Below are positions 15,947-23,998 of a DNA stretch of 24,000 nt, piece after piece. Source of the stretch: Rickettsiales bacterium (GTDB taxonomy: Bacteria; Pseudomonadota; Alphaproteobacteria; G027485855). A model generated the notes under the pieces. The model saw only the letters and a list, made by a program, of their open reading frames with translations, was not told the DNA's origin and ran no database searches. The stretch is from positions 245,575-269,574 of the forward strand of contig JAIXQD010000001.1 of the NCBI GenBank assembly GCA_027485855.1, read 5' to 3'. Made by a program: the position numbers and the translations under genes. Every line of letters begins with the position of its first letter. The first letter of the stretch is position 1.

Positions 15947-16414
15947 ATGCCCCTCTACGAATCTGTCTTTATTGCCCGTCAAGATATTGCCCCCACGCAA
16001 GTCGAGACCATTACCACACAAATGGTAGAACTCATCAAACAGGGCGGTGGCAATGTCACCAAAATTGAGCCCTGGGGTTTGCGCACCTTAGCTTACAAAA
16101 TCAATAAAAATAAAAAAGGCCATTATGTGCTGCTCAATATTGATGCGCCGGCTGCGGCCATCACTGAGATGGAACGTAACTTGCGCCTCAACGAAGATGT
16201 GCTGCGCTATCTGAGCGTGCGCGTTGAAGCCCTCGATGCAGCGCCTTCAGCAATTTTATCGCGTGAACGCGATGACCGCTTTGAAGACGATGATCGCGGC
16301 GGCATGGAAGGCCGTGGCGCCCCACGGGGTGGCTTTGAAAATCGTGGCCCACGCCGCTCGCCTTCAGGCAGAGCGCCGCGCTCGGCTGCCAATGCCGATG
16401 ATGCAGGCGAATAA
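15947..16414 (+). CDS. rpsF: 30S ribosomal protein S6
   Basis: Starts [13 protein letters not shown]... with a GGAGA Shine-Dalgarno sequence upstream. Has an Arg/Gly/Asp-rich C-terminal tail ending ...DDAGE. Followed by rpsR. Confidence 0.93.
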   Translation: MPLYESVFIARQDIAPTQVETITTQMVELIKQGGGNVTKIEPWGLRTLAYKINKNKKGHYVLLNIDAPAAAITEMERNLRLNEDVLRYLSVRVEALDAAPSAILSRERDDRFEDDDRGGMEGRGAPRGGFENRGPRRSPSGRAPRSAANADDAGE

Positions 16415-16449
16415 GCCCCAGCCGAATAAGCACAAGGCGAATAAGCCCC
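16405..16449 (+). repeat. 3 x 15 nt tandem repeat (aggcgaataagcccc / agccgaataagcaca / aggcgaataagcccc), each unit carrying GAA-TAA in the rpsF frame
   Basis: Read directly from the sequence. Units 1 and 3 are identical and unit 2 matches at 12 of 15 positions. TAA occurs at 16412, 16427 and 16442, all in the rpsF frame. Confidence 0.9.
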
Positions 16450-16473
16450 AACTTTTTACCAAGGAGTTCTTTC

Positions 16474-16749
16474 ATGCTAGAAAATAGTCAAAATGCTGGA
16501 GCCGCCGCACCTGCCGGTCGTCGTCAGTTTTTCCGTCGTCGCAAAAGCTGCCCCTTTACCGGCAAAAACGCGCCCAAGATTGATTATAAAGATATCCGCT
16601 TGTTATCACGCTACATCTCTGAGCGCGGCAAAGTTGTGCCCAGCCGCATCAGTGCGGTATCGGCTAAAAAGCAGCGTTTATTGGCACAAGCCATTAAGCG
16701 CGCCCGCTTTCTGGCTTTGATGCCTTATGTGGCTGACGGCGGTAAATAA
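16474..16749 (+). CDS. rpsR: 30S ribosomal protein S18
   Basis: [50 protein letters not shown]... is the classic S18 core. An AAGGAG Shine-Dalgarno sequence lies upstream. Confidence 0.95.
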   Translation: MLENSQNAGAAAPAGRRQFFRRRKSCPFTGKNAPKIDYKDIRLLSRYISERGKVVPSRISAVSAKKQRLLAQAIKRARFLALMPYVADGGK

Positions 16750-16764
16750 ACCCCATTTGCGCCA

Positions 16765-17808
16765 ATGACCAGCACGCTGCCTCAATCCCCCTTAGCGCCG
16801 AAAGCGACCGCGCCGTCAGATTTATCATCTGGCGCGCAGTGGCGATTGGTCTTGGGCGTGGCCTTTTTGGCAGCGATGCTGGCCTTTGTGCCAAGCTTAG
16901 GCGGCATTGGTACAATATTAGGTTATTTCACCCTTCTGCCATTTTTTATACTGGCCTTCATGGCGCCATCGCGCACCGTGGGCTATGCGGGCATGATCAC
17001 CAGCCTCATTTTATCTGTGCTGGGTGACGCCTATTTTGGCTTTGCTTTTGCGGTTGTTGTGGCGGCACCGATCTGGTTTCTCGCCCGGTTTTTGCAGCTT
17101 TATCGCACCAATGAACAGGGGCAAATTTTTTGGTACCCCATGCCATGGCTGATTGTGGCTTTAAGCCTTTATGCGCTGGGTATGTTTGCGGCGGCTGTTA
17201 TTAGCACTTCATTTCAAGGCGAGCATATGGGGCTTGCGCTGATTAGCCAAAGCCAAAATTTAGATGCAGGGCTACAGCAACTCATAACCGAGCTAACCGC
17301 CACTATGCCGCCCGAGCATAAGGCCGAAAATATCGCGCTGTTTCAGCGCCTCATGGCTTTTATTATTCAACATTTGCCAACTATATTTGTTGGCTCTTGG
17401 TATGCGCTCATGGCGTTTAATGCCACTTTGGCATTTTACATCGTGCGCAAATTTGCCCAGCCTTTGCGGCAAGATTTTAATCTTAATGCAGCCTTAGTGC
17501 CCTATTGGTTTACGCTTTTATTTGCGTTGTTACTGTTTGTGGCCGTGCAGCCTTGGAGCGCTGAATGGGCCATTTTGGGCCGCAATGCGGCAATAATCAT
17601 CAGCTTGCCCTTGCTGGTGCAAGGGCTCAGCGTGGTACATTTTTATGCGCGCAAACGCAATCACAGCACCTATTTGCTGCTGGGTTTTTATGCACTGTTT
17701 TCTTTAAGCCTTATTGTGCCGACACTCACAATATTGCTTGGCATTCTGGAGCAAAAATTTAACTGGCGCACCGCCACGCCCGAATTATCGAGCCAGATTA
17801 ACAATTAA
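16765..17808 (+). CDS. Polytopic inner-membrane protein of unknown function, probably DUF2232/YybS-like
   Basis: 347-aa ORF with many hydrophobic helices. It occupies the rpsR-rplI slot, where I recall alphaproteobacteria carrying a DUF2232 membrane protein. B. subtilis yybS sits upstream of rplI-dnaC. The family assignment is not verified. Confidence 0.6.
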   Translation: MTSTLPQSPLAPKATAPSDLSSGAQWRLVLGVAFLAAMLAFVPSLGGIGTILGYFTLLPFFILAFMAPSRTVGYAGMITSLILSVLGDAYFGFAFAVVVAAPIWFLARFLQLYRTNEQGQIFWYPMPWLIVALSLYALGMFAAAVISTSFQGEHMGLALISQSQNLDAGLQQLITELTATMPPEHKAENIALFQRLMAFIIQHLPTIFVGSWYALMAFNATLAFYIVRKFAQPLRQDFNLNAALVPYWFTLLFALLLFVAVQPWSAEWAILGRNAAIIISLPLLVQGLSVVHFYARKRNHSTYLLLGFYALFSLSLIVPTLTILLGILEQKFNWRTATPELSSQINN

Positions 17809-17838
17809 GCTAAAACGAGTTAGACAAAGGAGAGTATG

Positions 17839-18405
17839 ATGATTGAAGTAATTTTGTTAGAGCGCGTTGAACGCCTCGGCCAATTAGGCGATGTGGTTAA
17901 AGTGCGCCCCGGCTTTGCGCGCAACTTCCTCTTGCCGCAGAAAAAAGCTTTGCGCGCCAGCAAAGATAACATCGCTTTCTTCAACGCCAAAAAAGCCGAG
18001 ATCGAAGCGAGCAACAAAGCCCGCCGCGAAATGGCTGTGGGCGTTTCAAGCAAAATTGATGGCGCAAAATTTGTGCTCATCCGTAGCGCTGGTGAAAGCG
18101 GCCAGCTTTATGGCTCGGTTACCGCCCGTGACGTGGCCGATGCCGCCGTTGCTGCTGGCTTTACCGTCGATCGCAGCATGGTGCAAATCAGCACGCCCAT
18201 TAAGGCGCTGGGCTTACATCAGGTTAAAGTGCGCTTGCACCCAGAGGTCACCGTTAACGTGACCCTTAATGTCGCCCGCTCGGCTGAAGAAGCACTTGTG
18301 CAAGCCAAAACCGGCCAGATGGTTGCCGCCAATGCCGAAGCGGCGGCCGCAGCGGCCGCGGCTGAAGTTGTGGCAACTGAAGTTGCTGCTGCACCAGCTG
18401 CCTAA
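17839..18405 (+). CDS. rplI: 50S ribosomal protein L9
   Basis: [33 protein letters not shown] is a canonical L9 N-terminus. The second ATG (17839) has better Shine-Dalgarno spacing than the track start at 17836. Has an Ala-rich C-terminal tail. Confidence 0.93.
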   Translation: MIEVILLERVERLGQLGDVVKVRPGFARNFLLPQKKALRASKDNIAFFNAKKAEIEASNKARREMAVGVSSKIDGAKFVLIRSAGESGQLYGSVTARDVADAAVAAGFTVDRSMVQISTPIKALGLHQVKVRLHPEVTVNVTLNVARSAEEALVQAKTGQMVAANAEAAAAAAAAEVVATEVAAAPAA

Positions 18406-18436
18406 TTATAGTTTTTGTAATTTTGCCTTTACTGAA

Positions 18437-18472
18437 CGCCAGCCATAGTTAATCTGTGGCTGGTGTTTTTTT
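18437..18472 (+). terminator. Rho-independent terminator after rplI
   Basis: Stem 18437-18448 pairs with 18454-18465 (cgccagccatag / ctgtggctggtg, up to 12 bp including G-U pairs). The loop is 5 nt and is followed by a run of 7 T at 18466-18472. Confidence 0.8.
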
Positions 18473-18518
18473 ATTTATGTTCGCTGGCAGATATTTCGTT
18501 TATGGGCTATGAATAAAC

Positions 18519-20024
18519 ATGGTTGAAAACCTCCCTATTCGCTTGGCGCATCCGGCCACACCTGCGGCCTTGGTTGCGCCCCATAATCTTGAAGCTGAGC
18601 AAGCGCTGCTGGGTGCCGTTTTGGCCGATAATCGCACGCTTGAAAAAGTGGGCGATTTTTTGCGCGCCGAGCATTTTTACCAGCCCGCGCACCAAAAAAT
18701 CTGGCAAGCCATTATTACGCTGACCGAGCGCGGGCAAATTGCCAACCCAATTACGCTTAAAGCATTTTTTGAGCAGGACGCTAATTTAACCAGCGTAGGT
18801 GGCGCGCAATATCTGCAAGAGCTGATGGCCAGCACCGTCAGCCTGCTCAATAGCGAAGATTATGGCCGACTGATTTTTGATTTATTTTTACGGCGCGAAT
18901 TGATGCAAGTGGGCGAGCAATCGGTGCTGATGGCCGCCAACCCCACCATCGATAAAAGCGCCACAGACATTTTAGAAGAAACCGAGCAACAGCTTTTCGA
19001 CCTTGCGACAACAGGCGAAACCAAAGGCGGCTTTGTCGATTTTAATGTATCGCTCCAAGGCGCGCTGCGCATGGCCGAGGCAGCCTATAAGCGCAGCAGC
19101 CATGTGACCGGCATTACTACCGGCCTTGTTGATATGGATAAAAAAATGGGCGGCCTACAACCATCCGACCTGATTATTTTAGCGGGACGTCCCAGTATGG
19201 GTAAAACCGCTTTGGCCACCAACATGGCTTATAATGCCGCAAAAGCTTTTATCGATAGCAATGGGCAAGAGGGCGGTGCTGTTGGTTTATTCTCGCTTGA
19301 AATGTCGGCCGAGCAGTTAGCTACGCGTTTATTGTCCGATGCCAGCAGCGTGCCATCCGATAAAATTCGCCGTGGCGAAGTGGGCGCCGAAGATTTTACC
19401 AAATTTGTTGATGCCGCTAAAACTTTAACGCGCCTGCCCATTTTTATTGATGATAGCGCGGGGCTTACCGTGGGCGCATTGCGCACCAGAGCACGGCGGC
19501 TGAAACGCCAGCATGGTAAGCTGGGCCTCTTGGTGGTCGATTATTTGCAGCTCATGTCGGGCAGCTCCAGCCGCTCAAGCGAAAACCGCGTGTTAGAAAT
19601 ATCCGAAATTACCCGTGGCTTAAAAGGCATCGCCAAAGAGCTGAATATACCGGTGTTGGCGCTCTCGCAGCTTTCACGGCAAGTTGAAAACCGCGAAGAT
19701 AAACGCCCGCAACTGGCTGATTTACGCGAGTCAGGCTCAATTGAGCAAGATGCCGATGTGGTGATGTTTGTTTTTCGCGAGCAATATTACCTCGAACGCG
19801 CCGAGCCACAACGACGCCCCGAAGAAAATGACGAACGCTTCAATGACCGTTACCAACGTTGGCAGCAACGCTGTGAGCTGGTGTACAACACCTCTGAAGT
19901 GATTATCGCCAAACAGCGTCATGGCCCGGTTGGTAGCGTGCGTCTGCATTTTGATGGTCGCTATACGCGCTTCAGTGACCTTGATACCACGCACCAGCTT
20001 TATGGCGCCGAAAGCAATGAGTAA
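18519..20024 (+). CDS. dnaB: Replicative DNA helicase DnaB
   Basis: 501-aa ORF with N-terminal PHNLEAEQALLGAVL, Walker A GRPSMGKTALA, and LVVDYLQLM and SQLSR motifs. The rplI-dnaB and dnaB-alr adjacencies are conserved elsewhere. Confidence 0.93.
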   Translation: MVENLPIRLAHPATPAALVAPHNLEAEQALLGAVLADNRTLEKVGDFLRAEHFYQPAHQKIWQAIITLTERGQIANPITLKAFFEQDANLTSVGGAQYLQELMASTVSLLNSEDYGRLIFDLFLRRELMQVGEQSVLMAANPTIDKSATDILEETEQQLFDLATTGETKGGFVDFNVSLQGALRMAEAAYKRSSHVTGITTGLVDMDKKMGGLQPSDLIILAGRPSMGKTALATNMAYNAAKAFIDSNGQEGGAVGLFSLEMSAEQLATRLLSDASSVPSDKIRRGEVGAEDFTKFVDAAKTLTRLPIFIDDSAGLTVGALRTRARRLKRQHGKLGLLVVDYLQLMSGSSSRSSENRVLEISEITRGLKGIAKELNIPVLALSQLSRQVENREDKRPQLADLRESGSIEQDADVVMFVFREQYYLERAEPQRRPEENDERFNDRYQRWQQRCELVYNTSEVIIAKQRHGPVGSVRLHFDGRYTRFSDLDTTHQLYGAESNE

Positions 20025-20041
20025 TGGGCAATGAGTAACAG
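20014..20041 (+). repeat. 2 x 14 nt tandem duplication (gcaatgagtaatgg / gcaatgagtaacag) covering the dnaB stop and the alr start
   Basis: The 11-nt core gcaATGAGTAA occurs at 20014-20024, where it holds the dnaB codons ..AAT GAG TAA. It recurs at 20028-20038, where it holds the alr ATG at 20031. Confidence 0.85.
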
Positions 20042-21125
20042 TGGCACATCGCGGCTGTTGATCAATCTTGAAGCCATTAAAGCCAATTATCGCACGCTTA
20101 AAAGCATAGCTCCAAAAACCGATATTGCCGCGGCCGTTAAAGCCAATAGCTATGGCTTAGGCGCCAATGAAGTTGCCAGTGCTTTGGCCGAAGCCGGCTG
20201 TCGGTTTTTTTATGTAGCGCACCTTGATGAGGCCATCAATTTATCGCGGCATATTCCACCCCATCAAATTGCAATTCTTAATAGCCTTTCGCCAGCCGCC
20301 ATGCAGCAAGCCCGCGCCTATGGCTTTGTGCCGGTGTTAAATAGTTTGGCCGATATTGAATTGCTGCAAAAAGCAGCCAGCCAAAGCAGTTTGCTGCAAG
20401 CTTGTATCATTCATCTTGATACGGGCATCAACCGTTTGGGCTTGCCCGCTTATGAGGCACAATTATTGGCAACCGAGCCACAGCGTCTGCGCGGGCTTAA
20501 AGTGTTATTTTGGGCCTCGCATTTAGCCTGCGCCGATGACAGAAACCACCCGTTAAATGCGCAGCAGCTGGCAAGATTTTCTGCAATAACTGCATCACTC
20601 CCGCCTGCCCCACTTAGCTTGGCTAATTCAAGCGGGGTGTTTTTGGGCCCCGATTATCATTTTCAGCAAGCGCGCTGTGGCATGGCGCTTTATGGGCTTA
20701 ACCCCACGCCAAACTTACCCAACCCCATGCAAAATGTCGTGCGCTGGCAAGCACAAGTGCTGCAAACACACCGCGTTGACAGCGGCAATGCTGTTGGCTA
20801 CGGTGCCAGCCAGGTTTTGCCGCCCAATAGTCTTTTGGCTATTCTGGGGGTTGGTTATGCCGATGGTTGGCAGCGCCGCTGGTCGAATCAGGGTAAGGTG
20901 CATTTTAACGGTCAGCATGCGCCTATTGTCGGACGTATCTCTATGGATTTAGTCGCGGTCGATATAAGCCACTGCGCAACACCGCCACAACATGGTGATT
21001 GGGTTGATTTATTATGGGATGATTTTCAGGCCGACGATGCCGCAGCGCAATTAGGCACCATTGGCTATGAGGTGCTCACCAGTATCAGTAGCAGAGTAGC
21101 CCGTATTTATGGTCGCACAGTATAA
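20031..21125 (+). CDS. alr: Alanine racemase
   Basis: 364-aa ORF with the PLP-lysine context AAVKANSYGLG and a fold-type III barrel pattern. Located immediately after dnaB, as in E. coli. Confidence 0.88.
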   Translation: MSNSGTSRLLINLEAIKANYRTLKSIAPKTDIAAAVKANSYGLGANEVASALAEAGCRFFYVAHLDEAINLSRHIPPHQIAILNSLSPAAMQQARAYGFVPVLNSLADIELLQKAASQSSLLQACIIHLDTGINRLGLPAYEAQLLATEPQRLRGLKVLFWASHLACADDRNHPLNAQQLARFSAITASLPPAPLSLANSSGVFLGPDYHFQQARCGMALYGLNPTPNLPNPMQNVVRWQAQVLQTHRVDSGNAVGYGASQVLPPNSLLAILGVGYADGWQRRWSNQGKVHFNGQHAPIVGRISMDLVAVDISHCATPPQHGDWVDLLWDDFQADDAAAQLGTIGYEVLTSISSRVARIYGRTV

Positions 21126-21136
21126 ACGAGGATTTT

Positions 21137-21913
21137 ATGCAGGCAATTGTACAAACCATTGGTCGAACCGTTTTAAGTTTTTGCCAAGCCACCGGCCGCC
21201 TTACGGCTTTTGCCGGGCAGTCTTTGCAGCATGCGCTGCGCCCGCCGATTTTCTGGCGGCAGCTGCTGCGGCAATTTATCGATATAGGCTATTATTCTTT
21301 GCCGGTGGTTGGCCTCACGGCACTTTTTACCGGCATGGTTTTGGCGCTGCAAAGCTATAGTGGCTTTGCCCGCTTTGAAGCGCAAAATGCCATTGCCACA
21401 GTGGTGGTGCTCTCTATCACAAGAGAGCTGGGGCCGGTTCTTGCGGGCCTCATGGTGGCAGGGCGCATTGGTGCAGCCATTGCGGCCGAAATTGGCACGA
21501 TGCGCGTCACCGACCAAATTGATGCACTCACCACCCTTTCAACCAACCCTTATAAATATCTCATTGCGCCGCGCATTGTGGCCGGCACCTTATGCCTGCC
21601 CTTATTGGTGCTGGTTGCAGATATTATTGGCGTGTTTGGTGGCTATTTGGTGGGGGTTTATAGCCTGGGTTTTAATGCCTCGGCCTATATTGAACGCACC
21701 TGGGAATATTTAGAGTTTATGGATGTGGTCTCTGGCCTCGTCAAAGCCGCTGTCTTTGGTTTTATCATCACGCTGATGGGCTGCTATCATGGCTTTAACT
21801 CGCAAGGCGGGGCGCAAGGTGTGGGTGCTGCCACCACCAATGCCGTTGTCACTTCATCGATTATGATTTTAGTGAGCAACTACTTTTTAACGCAAATGTT
21901 CTTCAGTAAATAG
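21137..21913 (+). CDS. mlaE: ABC transporter permease, MlaE family (phospholipid transport)
   Basis: 258-aa polytopic protein with the ITRELGPVL motif typical of MlaE/Ttg2B permeases. Followed by the cognate ATPase. Confidence 0.8.
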   Translation: MQAIVQTIGRTVLSFCQATGRLTAFAGQSLQHALRPPIFWRQLLRQFIDIGYYSLPVVGLTALFTGMVLALQSYSGFARFEAQNAIATVVVLSITRELGPVLAGLMVAGRIGAAIAAEIGTMRVTDQIDALTTLSTNPYKYLIAPRIVAGTLCLPLLVLVADIIGVFGGYLVGVYSLGFNASAYIERTWEYLEFMDVVSGLVKAAVFGFIITLMGCYHGFNSQGGAQGVGAATTNAVVTSSIMILVSNYFLTQMFFSK

Positions 21914-21924
21914 GCGGCTAACAG

Positions 21925-22704
21925 ATGTATGGCACTATTCCAAAAATATCTCTGAATAATGTTTATAAATCTTTTGGCAGCAAGCATGTGCTGCGCGGCA
22001 TTGACCTTGAGGTCAGTGAGGGCGAGTCGCTGGTTATTATTGGTGGCTCGGGCACCGGCAAATCGGTGATGCTCAAAGCGATTTTGGGCATTCTTGAGGC
22101 CGATAAAGGCAGCATTAAAGTTGACGGCCATGAAACGCTGCGGCTTTCTGGTCGGGCGCGTGATCAGCATATGAGCAAGTTTGGTATGCTGTTTCAAGGC
22201 GCGGCCCTCTTTGACAGTATCTCGGTGTGGGAGAATGTCGCCTTTGGCCTGATCCAAGGGCAAGGCATGAAGCGTAACGCTGCCAAAGACGTGGCCTTAG
22301 CCAAGCTGGCCGCCGTTGGCCTGAGTGCTGAAGTGGGCGAGCTGCGCCCGGCCGAATTATCGGGCGGCATGCAAAAGCGTGTGGCCTTGGCCCGCGCCAT
22401 TGCCAGCAACCCTGAGATTATCTTTTTCGATGAGCCAACCACCGGCCTTGACCCAATTATGGCCGATGTCATCAATGATCTGATTATCAAATGCGTCAAG
22501 GATGTTGGCGCCACCGCCGTTTCCATTACGCACGATATGCATTCGGCACGCAAAATTGCCTCGCGCATTGCCATGCTGTATGAGGGCAAAATTATCTGGC
22601 AAGGGCCTGTGGCCGATATTGACCATAGCGGCAATGAATATGTCGACCAGTTTATTCATGGCAAGGCCGAGGGCCCCATTAAAATGGCCCTTAAACGCCT
22701 CTAA
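21925..22704 (+). CDS. mlaF: ABC transporter ATP-binding protein, MlaF family
   Basis: Walker A GGSGTGKS, signature LSGGMQKR and Walker B IIFFDEPTTGLD. Adjacent to mlaE. Confidence 0.8.
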   Translation: MYGTIPKISLNNVYKSFGSKHVLRGIDLEVSEGESLVIIGGSGTGKSVMLKAILGILEADKGSIKVDGHETLRLSGRARDQHMSKFGMLFQGAALFDSISVWENVAFGLIQGQGMKRNAAKDVALAKLAAVGLSAEVGELRPAELSGGMQKRVALARAIASNPEIIFFDEPTTGLDPIMADVINDLIIKCVKDVGATAVSITHDMHSARKIASRIAMLYEGKIIWQGPVADIDHSGNEYVDQFIHGKAEGPIKMALKRL

Positions 22705-22718
22705 AATTTATTGCTTAG

Positions 22719-22750
22719 GCTAAATTTCCTAAACGCTAAATTTCCTAGAC
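22719..22750. repeat. 2 x 16 nt tandem repeat (gctaaatttcctaaac / gctaaatttcctagac); the second unit contains the odc stop codon (minus strand)
   Basis: 15 of 16 positions are identical. A looser, gapped third copy (ccttaaacgcctctaaaattt, 22689-22709) overlaps the mlaF stop. Confidence 0.8.
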
Positions 22751-23998
22751 TAGGCTGAGCTTGCTTTTAGCTTGGCCAGCTTTGCTCTTGCTGACTTTTG
22801 GCGGTGGGTTATGCGCAAAAGCGCGGTCACGCACGGCTATCATTTCTCCGGCATAAAAGCCATTAAAGCGCGTGCGCGTGGCCATGGTGTAGGCACCGGC
22901 TAAGCCAAACTCAATATAATCCCCCATGGCGATATTTTTGGGCAAACGATAGGGGCCCTTGAGCATGTCATAGGTATCGCATGTCGGCCCACAAAACGAA
23001 AAATCAGCCAGCTCTTGGTTGAGTGGGCTATTAATTCTGTGTGCCACCATCGGAAAATTAATGCCCGGAAATTTGAGGTCGGCCAGGCTGCCATAAACCC
23101 CATCATTGAGATACAGCGTTTGCTGGCGGCGTAATTCAACCCTTGTCAGCACTGACGCGCCATTGGCCACAAGGGCGCGGCCCGGCTCGCTCATAATTTG
23201 ACACTCTGGCGGCAGGTTGAGGGTTTGTATGGCCGCATCTATACGTTGGCAAAACTCGGCCAATGAATCGGGCTGTGCACCAACATAGGGTGCTGGAAAA
23301 CCGCCCCCCACATCTAAGGCCACCAGCGGCACATTGGTTTTGTTCAGCACTTGTCTGACCAGCTCAATGGCCATTTCATAGGGCTGTGGCGTGAGGCATT
23401 GCGAGCCCACATGGAAACAAATGCCAACCTCCAGCCCTTGCGCATGGGCGCTTTCCATAAGGCTGACGGCGTCGTCGACACTGCAACCAAACTTGCCCGA
23501 TAAATCATAAATGGCGCCGGCCTTGCCTGGGTCGAGGCGCACCATAATAATGGGCTTCTGGCCTTGAGCATAAGTGACCACCTTGGCCAATTCATCGGCA
23601 TGATCAACGGCAAAATGGCGAATATCATAACGCAGGCTCGCGGCGGTTATGGCTTCGGGCGCTTTGACGGGATGCATGAAATAGCATTTTGCTTCGGGAA
23701 ACAGGCTTTTAACCGTGGCAATTTCGGGCAGCGAGGCTGTGTCAAAATGACGTATGCCGCCATCCCAGAGCGCGCGCAGAAATTCTGGCTCATCGCAGCA
23801 CTTCACCGCATATAAAACATCGCCCTTAAACAGGCTGATAAATTCTTGCGCATTTTCTTGCAGCAAATGCGGGCGGAAACAATAGACCGCGCTTTCTGGT
23901 GCGGCTTTGCTTAAAAGATCGGCCACAGAATCGTAAGCGGTGGTCGATAAATTTTGTGCTGTTGGCTTATTAACCGATTGCTTAACCGTTTGGCGCAT
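22745..23998 (-). CDS. Ornithine (or lysine/ornithine) decarboxylase, PLP fold-type III (eukaryotic-like ODC family)
   Basis: 417-aa ORF with the PLP-lysine context VLYAVKCC, the GGGFP motif (LDVGGGFPAPY) and CGPTCD. The ATG at 23998 lies 2 nt from the window end, so an upstream start cannot be excluded. Confidence 0.85.
   Translation of the reverse strand: MRQTVKQSVNKPTAQNLSTTAYDSVADLLSKAAPESAVYCFRPHLLQENAQEFISLFKGDVLYAVKCCDEPEFLRALWDGGIRHFDTASLPEIATVKSLFPEAKCYFMHPVKAPEAITAASLRYDIRHFAVDHADELAKVVTYAQGQKPIIMVRLDPGKAGAIYDLSGKFGCSVDDAVSLMESAHAQGLEVGICFHVGSQCLTPQPYEMAIELVRQVLNKTNVPLVALDVGGGFPAPYVGAQPDSLAEFCQRIDAAIQTLNLPPECQIMSEPGRALVANGASVLTRVELRRQQTLYLNDGVYGSLADLKFPGINFPMVAHRINSPLNQELADFSFCGPTCDTYDMLKGPYRLPKNIAMGDYIEFGLAGAYTMATRTRFNGFYAGEMIAVRDRAFAHNPPPKVSKSKAGQAKSKLSLV

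Noticed and set aside
15850-16068. 72-aa ORF spanning the rpsF leader and start
   Set aside because: It overlaps rpsF out of frame. Its composition is His/Arg/Cys-rich and it has no Shine-Dalgarno sequence.
16188-16487. ORFs in other frames or on the other strand across the rpsF tail and the 15-nt repeat (16188-16475 minus, 16224-16487 plus)
   Set aside because: They exist only because of the repetitive Arg/Gly-rich coding sequence, and they overlap rpsF.
18519-20024. Possible intein or large insertion in dnaB
   Set aside because: The length of 501 aa and the continuous helicase motifs fit an ordinary alphaproteobacterial-size DnaB. No intein block motifs were seen.
22194-22634. 146-aa antisense ORF within mlaF
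   Set aside because: It lies opposite the Walker B and signature motifs of a clear ABC ATPase.
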